A stretch of 61,071 nucleotides of DNA, filler included, from Sphacelaria rigidula (taxonomy: Eukaryota): the NCBI GenBank assembly GCA_964200075.2. It is 7 parts of 7 records of this genome, joined end to end, with 100 filler letters (N's around TTAATTAATTAA, not from the genome) between each part and the next. Parts side by side here need not be neighbours in the genome. Positions count along the whole stretch, not along the records: positions 34,959 to 43,597 come from CAXNAA020010515.1; positions 43,698 to 52,334 come from CAXNAA020010516.1; 5 more parts are not named here. One strand, 5' to 3'. Shown in pieces: positions 35,746-49,200 of this stretch. A program made the translations under genes and the position numbers. The notes under the pieces are model-generated. The model saw nothing but the letters and a program-made list of their open reading frames with translations. It did no database searches and was not told where the DNA came from. Position 1 is the first letter of the stretch, and every line of letters begins with the position of its first letter.

Positions 35746-37269
35746 ACAATTACGGTGTACAAAGGCCAGAAGTTGTCGGACCAGGTATGTCTTGTTTTCA
35801 CAAGTGATATATACCCAGATTCCCCCTGATTTGCGTGTTTAAATCGATTTGAATGAACTCATTATTATCTAGTCTGAAGTGCGGTCGATTTTTTTTCTCG
35901 ATCTGATAGATCCACCACATTTCTGTTCTTAAAAGACTTCAACTCCAATTTGTAATTAGTGGCGCGCGGAGAAGAACAAAACAAAGGTGCTTTTTCGATC
36001 GAAAACATGCGGTCGAAAGGCACGAACAGCACTTAACTCCTATCTTACAGACCACCACGCCAGATAATACCTGTTCACCGAACCATGCTAACTCCATCCA
36101 ACTCATTCTCAGCCACCATGCAAACCCTGCAGCATCGAGTACGAGTTGAGCCCGCTCAATCAGGTATTTTCAAAACTCATACCTACGATACGTACGATAC
36201 CACGGTATTTCGAGATTTCAATACCTACCGTACCCGCTCAATCAGGTATTTTCTAAACTCATACCTACGATACCCACGCCTACCACGGTATGGGATACGC
36301 CGGTAAATACCGGGGGTACGCTCGGTACGGTACCTTACCTACGGTTCCTGTGCTAAGCAACTCGAAGAGTAAATCAATCAACTGGGCTATTTCGTTTCAT
36401 TCATCAGCCATTGTTCATTGTGATCTCTGTATCTAACGATATTTAAGGGGAGAGATCCATCCAGATATACATGGGCGTGATTTCGGCCTCAGGCGGGTGT
36501 AGCCTGTGCCACGGTACAATCCCGTGAATTCACGGCTACGTGTTTTACCGAAACCGCCCCGGTTTCGGGGAGAAGGGCCACGGGTCTATCTGAGTCTGTC
36601 GCCTGTTCTCTGAAACCTATACCTGAAAGTCATACTGTCTGTGGCTCCTGAACGTGCCGGGGATTGTACGTGCGTGTTTGTGGTGAATTCCAAAGGAGCT
36701 GCATAGTGCATGGTCATGTTTCTGCTCGTCCAACAGTGCCGAAACTACGATGGCCGTACACTTTGGACCTCTCCCCACAATGCACATTCAACATTACAGT
36801 TGCTCAAAAGTGCCACGAAATTATGTTCCGAGTTCCGAAGGGAGCCGGATTTGGCGTGCGGAGGTTGCGGCTGCCGAGTCTAAGCCTTGTTGACCTATTG
36901 GTAGGATAAAGAACTTTCTCGGGAATGTACCGAAAGTCACTATTCGGATGACTCCAACCCTAACCCTAATCCTCCCCCCTCACCCCAACGGAGGCATAAC
37001 GAGAACCCTCGGGCACGGGGGGTGCAAAGTGTTCCGTAGGTGAAGTGTGCGTTGCCAGATATCAAGTCGGCGCCTGCAGCGCCGATGTAGACAAAAACGT
37101 GTTCTGCGCACGCTACGGTAGGAGCACAGCCCCCACTTACGATCCGAATTTCGGTTTCAACACGAGAACCGAGCGGGCCAACTTCACCCTACCAAGTGGT
37201 GAACTGTGAACTGTACCGCCGAGTTTGCCCGCCACGGACAAGTTATGCACGGACGAGTAGAATTGGCCT

Positions 37270-37731
37270 CAACGAATGATAACAAGACGGAAGAGTTATG
37301 TATGCCAACGCCCTGAAAGAGTCGGGTTCGCGATAAAACCCTACGGCCGACAGTTGCACATGCAGGCGGGAAAGCAAGCGGCGGTTAAATAGCACTGCTA
37401 CAGTAGTGTCGGGATGGATGACGCAACCGGTAGAGCGGACAGTGCCGTACGGTGGGTGCACTATCACTGGTGTTCTACCGGTGCGGTACTCTCTCTACCT
37501 GCCTGGACGGCAATGTACCATGCTGTGTGCGGCACTGTCTGCACAATACACACATGCATACGTTCATTGTACGAGCGCTTTCCACCGACTGATGACACTG
37601 CTGTAGCAGTGCTATTTAACCGCCTGCTTCCCCGCCTCCGTGGGCTACTGTCGGCCGTAGGGTTCTTCGCGTATTCGACTCTTTTCAGGGTGTTGTCAGA
37701 CATGACTCTTTCTTCTTGTTGGCACTCGTTG
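37270..37731. repeat. Diverged long inverted repeat (foldback element)
   Basis: CCCTACGGCCGACAG...GCGGTTAAATAGCACTGCTACAG is mirrored by CTGTAGCAGTGCTATTTAACCGC...CTGTCGGCCGTAGGG. Confidence 0.8.
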
Positions 37732-38579
37732 CAACAGAGATGACCTAATGGTCGGAAATAATGGTTGTAACTTGATTTTAGTGCAAACACCGATTTTCGG
37801 ATCTTTAGCGCGGCTGACAGTCCCCAGTGCTCTTGGCTCGTCCAGAAGATATTTTTGTCCAAAATCAGTACCGTAGGCGCCGATTTGAGGTCTGCCGACG
37901 CAAACTTTGCCTTGGACACGCCGGCATCCTCCGTGCCCTAGGGTTCTGTCATGCCGTGGTCAGGGTTAGCGTTAGGGCTAGAGTTATTCGAAATCATCAA
38001 TTTCAGAGAAAGTTCCATGCCTACCAAGTGGTGAACTAACCTCGAGGGTTTCGTCCGTGCATGGTTTGTCTGCCACGGGCAAAGCTCGGTAGCCGAATTT
38101 TCCACACGCAAGAGTCGGGCTCCTTTCGGGACTCGGAATACAATATTGTGTGGCACTTTTGAATCAGTAAATTTTAAAGGGCTGGTGATCGAATGGTCGG
38201 AAATAATGGTTGGTATGATGGATAACGTGCTGCCAACCCTAACGCTATCCCTAACCCTAATCCCGACCAAGGCATAGGAAAACCCTCGGGCCGGAAGGAT
38301 GCAGAGGGTGTCTTGGGCAAAGTGTTCGTTGGAAGACCTCAAATCGGCGTCGATTTTGGATAGGAACGCGTTCTGGATGAGCTAGAAGCACTTTGGGACT
38401 GTCAACCCCTCTGAATATCCGAATATAGGTCTTCACACTAAAATCAATTTACAACCATTGTTTCCGACCATTTGATCATCTCTGTTGAAGTATTACCACT
38501 TGGTAGAATGACTCTTTGAATAATGGCTTTACTTGATTTGAGTGTGAACACCGATACATTGACTCTTTAGTGAGGCTTA

Positions 38580-39004
38580 GGCCGCTTCTTTTTGACTGAA
38601 AAAAATCTGCCTGAAAACTGCCCTTTTGAACCTTTCATCGCGGATTATTGGCGGAATACGGGCCTTGGCGGATTTGGCCTCCTAACAAAGATTTGCTCTA
38701 TTTTTCACGAGGATTCCAGTACGCTTGTCCGATATTTCGTACTCCCAGTTTTTCTCATGGCCGGATTACGGATTTCTTTATTCAAATGAAAAATATTTTG
38801 AATAGACAAATCCGTAATCCGGCCAAGAGAAAAACTGGGAGTACGAAATATCGGACAAGCGTACTGGAATCCTCGTGAAAAATAGAGTAAATCTTTCCTA
38901 GGAGGCCAAATCCGCCAAGGCCCGTATTCCGCCAATAATCCGCGATGAGAGATTCAAAAGGGCAGTTTTCAGGCAGATTTTTTTTCAGTCTATAAGAGGC
39001 GACC
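38580..39004. mobile_element. Near-palindromic PIF/Harbinger-like MITE
   Basis: ~205-bp arms with GGCCGCTTCTT termini and TTA duplicated. Inserted in a repeat whose empty form (TTTAG..GGCTGACAGTCCC) is seen at 37804 and 41555. Confidence 0.88.
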
Positions 39005-39501
39005 TTACAGTCCCAAGTGCTCCTAACGTGCGCAGAACGTGTGTTCGTCAAAATCGGCGCCTGCTGTCTGCCAACGCCACACTTTGCCTAGGGAACGAAC
39101 ACTCCGTACCCCCCTCGCCCAAGGGTTCTCGGTATGCGTCGTGTTCGGGCTCGGGGTAGGTTCAGTGCTACAGGCTGGTTCACGCTTGTCAACCTAGAAG
39201 CATTCATGCGCAAAACTTCACACCGCTTTCACGAGTAGGAGTTAGACCCTGCAATTTTGCACAATTTTGCTATGGTTCATTACACAACCTTCAAAAGTCG
39301 AGCTTTTTTTCACTTCTTCGCTTTTTTACCAATTTTGTGGGTGTCCAATTTTTTTATGGAAAACTTAGTTGCCATTGGACCCCTGAAACACGGTAAAAAA
39401 GTCATGAAGCAAGAAAAAGAACTCATTTATCAAAAGTTGCGTACTGATCCGTAGCATATTTGTGCAAAGTTTCGAGCTCTGACTCGTACGACCATTTTTT
39501 A

Positions 39502-39931
39502 TGTCAACCAGTCGCTATCCGTACAAATATCAGGATTTCAGGCCGTCTACAGGCGATTTTCTCCCCTGGATTGTTTTTTCGGATCCCAGTCCGGTAGCCA
39601 ATGTTTTTCGGCTAGCTCTGAGGAAACCAGACCAATTCTCCGATTCTCTGGACGTTGGCTTTTGGTTTATCACCGTTCTGCTCAGATCGGCAGACTCCCG
39701 CATCTCCCCATATTGGGCAAATCGGGGGAGGTGGGGGAGTCTCCCGATCTGAGCAAAAAGGTGATGAACCAAAAGTCAACGTCCAGAGAATCGGAGAATT
39801 GATCTGGTTTCCTCAGAGCTAGCCGAAAAACGTGGCCCAACGGACTGGGATCTGAAAAAACAACCCACGGGAGAAAATCGCCTGTAGACGGCCTGAAATC
39901 CTGATATTTGTACGAATACGGATTGGTTGCC
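39502..39931. repeat. Near-palindromic foldback element
   Basis: ~200-bp arms (GTACAAATATCAGGATTTCAGGCCGTCTACAGGCG... and its reverse complement) with a very short loop near 39715. Confidence 0.88.
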
Positions 39932-40190
39932 AAAAACAATTTGTCTAAAAAAGAGCGTGAAGTTTTTCGCGTTTGTGCGATGAGGGGAGGAATTTTTCTC
40001 AGACCAAGGAACGTTCCGCGAGAGGTGGCGTTGTTACGAGGAAATCGACCAGAAAAGTTTCCTTGAACTAATAATGATTTTTTTTGCTGTCGTCGCACAG
40101 GAAATGGCCTCACCATGTAGCTCTCGCGCCCTGCCCTGTTTTTTGTGCTGCTTTTGTTGTTGTTTTCCCCCGCTTCCTCCGCATCCGCAG

Positions 40191-40277
40191 TTGGGGATCG
40201 TGGTGGGACATCTGTTTTACTTTCTGGAGTTCGTGTACCCGGAGGTCGCGCAGATCCGAGGGTGGAGAATCAAACAG
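40191..40277 (+). CDS. Derlin (Der1 family) exon, last TM and C-terminal region
   Basis: LGIVVGHLFYFLEFVYPEVAQIRGWRIKQ matches the Derlin GxxxGHxYYFL...P signature. Long pyrimidine tract with CAG acceptor; donor CAG|GTGAAG. Confidence 0.85.
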
Positions 40278-40326
40278 GTGAAGATTTCTGGAGGGAAACA
40301 ACGATGTCACACCTCGATCCAGTAGA

Positions 40327-41793
40327 GTTTACCGGCGTTGGGCTACGAGCTGGGCCAGCAGTAAATCCCGTATTCGCTTTCCGTATCACAACTTCTCAAG
40401 TTTTCTAAATCAGCGCGACTTGATCATATCGCTGTGAACTGCAGACCAACCTGATAAAACACGGCACCGCCGCGAAAAGAAGGAAAAAAGAAAAAAATGT
40501 ACTGAATAATAAATGATTGATTTAAGTTGATTAGATAATATAAACCAATTAATCAGCGACGCGTTGATGTGGTTGTTGATAAAAAATGAAACATGAATGA
40601 TATATAAATCAATTAATTAATTAATCAAACGTTGATTGAGGATGGATGGTTGAATAGTTGGATGGATTTCATTTTTTGGACAAGGGAAGGACAATACGTT
40701 ATATAAACAATATTAATTAATTAATTAATTAATTAAATGATTAAAGATCGCTTAAACGTTGATTGAGGATGGATGGTTGAATAGTTGGATGGATTTTATT
40801 TTTTGGACAAGGGAAGGACGATACGATGTTATATATAAGTTGTAACAATATTAATTAATTGATTAAAGATCGCTTAAACGTTGATTGAGGGTGGATGATC
40901 GAATAGTTGGATGGATTTTATTTTTTGGACAAGGGAGGGACGATACGATGTTATATATAAGTTGTAACAATATTAATTAATTAACTAATTAATTAAAGAT
41001 TGTTTTAGGATGGATGGTTGAATGATTGGTTGGATTTCATTTTTTGGACAAGGGAAAGACAATCTATAACATGAACGACGGGTGAAAAAAGAAAATCTGT
41101 ATCGGGATTCGAACTAACGACCTCCATAATTGGAGTCTCCTCTATCACTTGAAGTAACCGGGCGCGGCCGTGTCACACGAAAAGTGCGATGCCGTGCCCA
41201 AATTGAGGTATTTTTGGCCGAAACTTTACCGAAATGTCGTTGACGCGAGTGTCCGTATATGTTGGAGCGTTGTCATCGTTTTTTCCAATTTATAAGGAAG
41301 TTACAGCACTTTTCCTGTTTTGCTCAAAATTCAACTCGCTCTAACTTCCTGTTTGTTTGTTTTTCCTCTGCACCCCCAAAAGGGTTGCGTGGGTTGATGA
41401 GAAAAATGTGTTGTCATGATTTTAGCGCCCAACTCTTCGAATTACCAATGGCATCTCCACTCTTCGTTCAAAAATCACTGTCAGCTGGCCCAGCTCGTAC
41501 AAATATTCATGGTTGATATTACTTGATTTGAGTGTGAACAATGGGAATCAGAATTTTAGTGGGGCTGACAGTCCCGTGTGCTCCTCGCGTGCGCAGAACG
41601 CGTTTTCGTCGAAATCGGCGCCACAGGCGCCGATTTGGGGTCTACCAAGGCCGCACTTTGCCTAGGGAATGAAAGTATGTACCGCCCTTGCTCGAGGATT
41701 CCCGGTATGCGTCGGATTGGGGTTAGGGTTGGGGGTAGCGATGCTTGTAGAACTGTGTCAACCATGGACATTTGTAGCCCAACGCCGGTAAAC
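40327..41793. mobile_element. TIR element whose left TIR is split by the 40346-41497 insertion
   Basis: GTTTACCGGCGTTGGGCTA|CAAAT.T.CATGGTTGA, rejoined, mirrors TCAACCATGGACATTTGTAGCCCAACGCCGGTAAAC. Confidence 0.78.
40346..41497. mobile_element. TA|CGAGCTGGGCCAGC-family element with internal AT-rich tandem array
   Basis: Perfect TIRs with TA TSD. Homologous to 2308-2907 except for a ~560-bp insert with ~125-bp units (AAACGTTGATTGAG at 40627, 40754, 40877). Confidence 0.88.
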
Positions 41794-44700
41794 GAGCCTC
41801 CCTCGATCACTACGAATCTGGTGCACCCGCAATAAACATGCACTTTATTTGTTTATGTCATACTCTACATTGGTATGGTTTATGCTGTGAGTGTATTACA
41901 CAGTTGTCAACTGTCGAGCAGCACTATATTCGCTTGATCGATTTTTTTTTTTTTTCAGGGTGACGTATCAGTTTAGCACAGAAGTTGTAAGATCGGTAGA
42001 TGTTGGTAACGGCAGCAGGTCGTTGACACGACACATTTTCCTCGAGAGCATCGTGTTGTTGGGGCATTTCCGGAGTAAAGACACCTTTTTCCCCGAAGGG
42101 TACATTGCTACCCGAAGTCTTCAGTTTCCATGTTCTTTGGGTAGCCTCGCTTTCGTTTTTTGTGTACCAGCTGTCTGCCATGTATGTGACGAATAGAAAA
42201 ACAATTGATAATTACAGACCCTTGAGATGGAAGTTGGCACCCATGTTTGTGAAATAAACTTTTGTGTTTTGACGCGAAAACATGATAATAAGAATGGGTT
42301 CAGTGCACAACGTTTTGGCATCCCTACACCCAGTAAACCCCCCTCCTCCCTCTAGGAGGCTTTGATTTGAACCCTGCACTATATCATTACTCTCTCGCCC
42401 AATCCCTTCCCGTGATCCGGGGTGAAGAGGGGAAGGGGTGTACTCATGATCTTGCATATCGTAGTATGGGGAGGGGGGGGGGGGGGGTCATTAACCATTA
42501 TATCGCCAGCTTCTTCTCGGAATACTTTTCCAGCTTCTAGTCCAGAGATATCCGAGAGTTTCCGGTGGCTAATATAGTTTTGGGGGGAGGCGTTGTGGGT
42601 TGCCAGGAGAAGCACTTGTTCCACCCCGTACGGGTTCACTCCTTTTGTTGCCGCACCCAAACGTTTTTGGAAATTTGACGGTGGCTTTCATGCCACCAAA
42701 AGCTTGGGTTTTGACAAAACAGGTGAAGGACTGGCGACATACGAGAACGGACTGTACTGTGTTGTTGCCATAGTGCGCTGTATTGTTTGTTGTGATGTCT
42801 GCCTCGCCCCTCTTTCTTCTGATCATCTCATGGACATTGTGAGGGTGTGCAGGGTTTGTCAAAACAGCGAAATGAGTCGTTCCATGATGCGAAGTAAACA
42901 GACGGATGGACATATCGCATGTACTGCATACGGCCCGGTCTTCCGCTCTCACCATATCATGCATTCAACCGACGCGTGTCACATGCAGAACGCACGCACA
43001 CCGTCTCTGTCTATACGGCACCATTGAACGACCCATCTCGCTGTATTTTGGCCGTGCTATCTATATTTCTCTTGGAAATGCAACAACGCTCATCGGATGA
43101 TCGGATGTGAGAGGGGTGAGGTATACATGAAATAGAACAAACAAAGCAACACATTGTGGCAATAGCACAGCACAGTAGGCACTACTGACTGTACTGTGGT
43201 ATGCCGTCAGCCCTTGAGCTGGTTTATCAAAGCCGGAGCTTCTCATGGCATAAGGGAATGTCCTCTTCCAGGAGTTCGGGGGTCGAGAAAAAAAGTGTTT
43301 CCGTTGGGATGTACTCCGTGATTCTGCCGTAATGATGGGGATCGGTTGAATCGAGCGAAATATGAACCCCTTGACCGCTAGGGTAGACGATCTGTTGAGG
43401 ATCCTCATGCACTGATTTCCATGCAAGTACTCAGCATTCACCTGTTCGGATGAATTGGCGTGTTGTGCCGCTTGAAAAGCAATAGATTCCAAGTCAAATT
43501 TGGCCATGGGCGATATTGAGTGATCTGGGGAGGGTGTAGTCATGATCATGCATGCCATAGTCATCAGACCATTGACCTCGCATCCCTACAATGCCAGNNN
43601 NNNNNNNNNNNNNNNNNNNNNNNNNNNNNNNNNNNNNNNNNTTAATTAATTAANNNNNNNNNNNNNNNNNNNNNNNNNNNNNNNNNNNNNNNNNNNNTGC
43701 GGACATTTGGGAGGGAAGATGGCTTTGCTAGGTCGCAAGTGTTTCACGTCTTCCCTGCAAAAGAGAAATGCCACTTCAACCCCATATTATGTATGAATCC
43801 CATTTTCTAGGATCCTCTGTTATATGACCATCACAACAAAATAAGCATGGCTGTACTGAACCGTTCAATACCGTGCAGGACAGTACCATATCGTGCTTAT
43901 ATACGTGCGGTGTGATATACTGCAGAGTTAGTGCGGCATATGCGCCACGTATGGCTAAACACTGTGGATGCCTGTCACTTTGGGTGCATGGGGGTGTTAT
44001 ATACCGTTAGATGCTGAATATACGTCACGACGCCCGTTCTTGCGCAGCATATTCACCGTTGCAGTCAGCAGAACGTGAAGGGGAAGCGGGCAAAGTACAG
44101 TACAGACAGCGCAGGACTATATGTATTTTTGCTGCTCACAGTGCGACGTGAAAAGGACTTGAACAGTGTGCGCTGCTTCGTCTGCCTGCACTGTCGATGA
44201 GCGTGTATGCAGTAAACCGCCGGTTAGTGCCCGCACCCTACCCCGCATATGGTTTCCGTACCGCGCGACTCCGCGACCGTGGAAGAAGATGCTCAAGTTT
44301 AAACCTTCACCAACAAGACATACATCATACCCAACTACTGCAGTGTGAATCTGTATCCCTGTGCCCAACTCGTGCTCTTTGCTACAGGGTTATTGTGGTG
44401 GTATTATAGCTGGGAATAAGTGTTGTCGGGTTTGCAACTCAATCTGTGAACGGCGGTTGATACATATATTGTATTTGGCGTGATGGTCCCAAAGGTGCCC
44501 TGGAAGCAGTTAGGACACAAGTGCACAAGTGGAAATGTACGCGCTGAAGAAAACTACACGGTTATGTCCTCCGGGGTCGCAACAAAAGCCTTAGAGGCCG
44601 TAGTCGGTCCCTCCTCCAAAGGAACGATGTTCACATTTCCTTCTGCTGTTCATATTTCCCTCTCAGGAACGTTCACGAAAACCACGTGCTCCAGAGCACC

Positions 44701-45022
44701 ATATTTTTGGTACTCTGAAGGGATTCAGATCTAAGAAGTCACTGGAACATCAGATGCCCTCCAGAGGATTCATTTCATGACCGGAACCGAGTATGAAATA
44801 CCCTCTAGAGGGTATTTTCATCCGCCTGGGGGTCACTTTACCCTCGAGAGTATGAAAATCGCGATAGAGGATTTTAAGGAGGTAGCCGAATGGCCGCGTG
44901 TGTTTGCTGTCGGCGGTTGATGGCGTGGGTCTCAAATGCAACGACAAGTGGTTGATCGTAGAGCACTCTCGTCCCAGTTGTAATGCGTGACTTCCTCACA
45001 TCGGAATGATTATGGAAAGCTA

Positions 45023-45789
45023 CGAGCTGGGCCAGCTATAAAACGGATTTAAGCTCTGAAAGCAATATCTCATTGACACAGACGAGCTTGGTCGTGATCC
45101 GCATATCGTACTAATCGTCTAACCAATGGGAAGGTGCCCATTTACTCAAACGTTTGGGCCCATATTTCCTCGTTGGTCAAACCCCATGTCTATTGATTAC
45201 TATAACTAACGAAGATGGCGTCCATACTAAAAGTGTGCCGAATGAAAAAAATGGGCATTCGTTTTTTTTCATCGAGGTTAGGACGTTCTCGTGAAGAAAT
45301 GGTCTTTACCATACTAGAACGTCCTAAACCAGTGAAAAAGTAATCAGAAAAAACTGATTCACTGAGTGTTGTTAATCATGCCTTAGAGAGCGTGCACACA
45401 AATTTCAATACACGAAAACCAAACGTGGGCCGGTGAGTGGCCTTCGAGATACTGTTCCAAATTTCTACCGATCCGGCTCTCGAAAGGCCCATGATCACCT
45501 CAATATTTAGAGTTGGAGCATCAAGTTTGTTAGTACAATGCATAGGGCATGAAAAAAACAAAAACATCGGTATATATATATATCTATTATTACTTGAGGG
45601 CAATTACCAGTTTTCAGGTATCAGTAAAATGACCTTAACTCATGAAAAAAATAGTAAATATTTTGGTACTGACGCCATTTTTTTCATGCACCATGCATTT
45701 TCCATACCAAATTTGAGGCTCCAACTCTAAATATTGGGCTGAGCATGGGCCTGCAAACTTCAAATCCACCTCTAGGCTGGCCCAGCTCG
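45023..45789. mobile_element. TA|CGAGCTGGGCCAGC-family element with a different internal sequence
   Basis: Same TIR and TA TSD. A truncated sister copy starts at 26050. Confidence 0.85.
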
Positions 45790-46205
45790 TACTCGTACAG
45801 TTAGACCGCTTCTTACAACAGACAAAAAAAAAGTCAGGAAAAGTGCCTTTTTGGCACTTTTACGTCGTTTAACGTCCCAAAAGAGAGTTAGGTGGAGTTT
45901 GACACCTTGAAATGAGCTCTACTAATTGAGGCGGTTCCAGGACATCTCCCCGTTTTCCGGTGATCGCAGTGTTCATTTGGCCAAACAAGAATTTTTGTGC
46001 AAGAACGGTAAAAACACTCAAATCTTGAAATTATCGCCACTTTTCTCTGGAGTTGATTGTTTTTTATCGTTCTTGGACAAAACTTCTTGTTTGGTCAAAA
46101 TGATAACTGCGGCCACTGGAAAACGGCAACATGTACCAGAACCGCCTCAACTAGTAGAGCAAGTCATTCCAAGGTGTCAAACATATCCTAGCCTTTTTAT
46201 GGGGC

Positions 46206-49200
46206 TGCGACGCCAGCCAGTGAAAGCACTGTTGGATCACCGCTGTTGAGGGACTCCCCAGTCTTACTGGCCTCAGTTTCAGTTGTCAGCCTTTACGACA
46301 TTCTTATTACTCAGGAGTGCCCTGGAAGCGCACCAACTTTCTAGACATGCAGATACCATCTCCGTGCCCCTAGTCAATTTCCATCTCATCACTACCGACT
46401 CAACGTACGGCGTATTTTCGTCACAGCACCCCCAAAGCGCGTTGGACGAAAATCGATCGACAAGCTTGAAACACAGAAAACGCCAACACGATGAGTAACT
46501 CAAGATTGAATACCAAACTCATTCATAATGCGAGCAGCAACGGCATGAGTCACGCGCAATTTACGCAACTCCTTGGTAAGAAATTCCGGAGCGGCCTCAA
46601 AAATATCCTTGAAAGGCTCCCACGTACGCTCCTCAACTTCGAAACCAACTCAGTCGACCAGCACGATCAATGAACGATTATCTGCTTCTGCCACTCGGAC
46701 GATACCAGCCATCTGAAATTGCCTCTGACTGAAAGCATGCTGGAACACGTCCTCAACCTCAGCCGTAACGTTAAGCTTCAAGTCTGCATAAAAACGCAAA
46801 CGAGCTACATGAGCGGTCTGAACACGACCCGAAACAATGTTCTGAATCTCAAACACGTGCGGGTGGTGAGCACCAACCACTCTCCATGGACCAGTCCAAG
46901 TCGCCATCAACTTGGGCGTAACACCCGGACGACGCACGCGTGCATACAAGACATAGTCGCCTACCTCAATATTCGGCAATTCCAGCCCCGACGAGGACCC
47001 CTCACGTCTACGCGCACGTCCAGCGGCAACACGTTCCTGCACTTGAACATGGAAATGTTCCTGCAAGTCCAAGACTCCTTGCAATGATCTCTTAATTTGA
47101 ACATCGTCCGAAACATCACAATTCCATTCCCCGCCGACGAAGACGCCAGCACCGAGGAAGACGTCCGAGGGGCACGACCAAACATCACGTGGCACGGCGT
47201 ACTATCGTAACGACGACGATACGCTGTATCAAGCGCCCATTGCACCGCCGGCAACACATCCACCCACTCGGAAACCGCTCTACGCTGCTCGAGAAGAATA
47301 GAGCGAAGAGCACGAACTACTTCCTTGACCATGCGTTTGCACGTGCCGTTATACCACGGAGAATACGCTACCGCAAAGTGGTGATCAACGCGCAAAGCCT
47401 CTCGCAATCGGGCCAAGATCGCATTCTTGAACTGCGTGGCGGCATCACTCACCCACACACACACGGCACCCCCAAAGTGTTGCACCAATTCAGCAAAGAT
47501 GCAGCGGTCGACTCAGCAGTACACCCTGCTGCTGGTTCCAGAGCCACAAAGTTGCTCAAACCATCCATGATTACCAAAATGTATCGAAACCCAGCATCCC
47601 CCGACAAACCTTGGGAAGCAAGCGGGCCACTATCGCCCACGTACAAGAAATCAAGATGAACGACTTTACTAGGCGTGGTCCCATGGACCGTTTCGCCGAG
47701 CGGGCGGGGAACAGCATCGCCCGCCCTCGAGTCAGCACAGAAAAGACACTGGCGGACAAATTCGCGCATATGAGTTTCTGTTCCCTACCAGACACAAACC
47801 TCTTGCAAGCGCATGAGCGCCACGGCCACACCACGATGCCCGGCGTCGCGCATGTGCGCGCAAATCATCAGACGTATCTGCGACTGCTCGTCAGAACTCG
47901 GAATCCACCAAACGTTTCGGCCATGCACATGCACACGAAACAGACCTTCAGTGTTCAAGATAGCAGTACCAACGTCCGACTCGAAAGATTGCACATCCGC
48001 ATCTTCGGCCCCAAGGTCTTTTCGTTGTGCACGGCGGACAACAGATTTGGGCGGCATCGAGTCATCAGGTTCACACGGATCATACACAGCCACAGTGCGA
48101 ACAAGCATTTCAATTTCAACTGTAGGCACCTGCATGACCAAACTACCCCAATGGCACTCAAATGCATCGGAAACATTGGGACCTGACAATCAGGACGAGG
48201 ATGGAGCAGCGTCACGGCATGAGCCACCAGATCCTTCGCTGCCGCCCACGCCTGCAGCCTGCCTTCCGTCCACGATGCAGCCATCTCCGGAAACGCCATC
48301 CCTGGGGTGGGCCACCCCGCCTGAAAATTCCGTACTACCAACCCAAGCGCCGAAAGAGCCGCCATGCACAACGCCGTCCAACTTGGTTTCACCGGATCGT
48401 ACCGCCGCGGCTTCGTCTCCGTCGCGGACGCCACAGGGTTTAGCTGAACACGCTCGGGCTCCACGCGCGCTGGGGAATCACCCCGCAGCGCGGGCCATAA
48501 CGCGTTGACGCGGCAATGCATTATGCCGCGCAGGCGCTCCGCTTTTGAGACGCTGAGGCCTGTCGCCCCAGCATCCGTCACGCTCTCAGCCAGAATGACC
48601 TTCCGAGCGGACTCCTCTTCCGCTGGAATCATTAACATCTCTGGGCCGCGCTTTACCTAGCATTCTACCTCCGCACCCCGCTCCTCGGCCACCTGCCCTC
48701 CAGCCTCCTTATACGCATCTTCCGAGAAGCTCACGCGAGGACTGCCCAAAACGGCGCGCATCTCCAAGCGCGGACCAGGCGGAGACATCCATACCTTCAT
48801 GGAGTCCCACAACCGCCGAGCGTTGACGCCAATATCCTCAAGCATCGGCGAACCCGAGAGAATAACGCCATCTGACCCCGGCATGATCGCAAACGAGATT
48901 GGAGGCAACTGCGCCGGCTCCAAGGAAGTCGTCAAAGTCAGCTGCAGCGGAATAGTACGCTCTGTGACGTAAAGATGCTGACCCGACGCGGTGACTGCCT
49001 GCCGCGCCCCGAGCGAAAACGCCTTACGCAGCGGCACACCCGGGAGAAGACGCTCCAACATCTTTACAATCTGTATCGACAGACTCACATGACCCGTCAA
49101 CTGGGCGCCTGAATCCCACTTAGCCCGAACCCCAACGGCGCCACGCTCCCATTGATTTGGGAGACACAGCTCCGCAGGAACGTATTTTCCCGCAAACTCC

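Noticed and set aside
38592-39051. Paired identical-looking ORFs on both strands (MAEYGPWRIWPP...)
   Set aside because: An artefact of the palindromic MITE; the same applies to the ORFs at 39501-40116.
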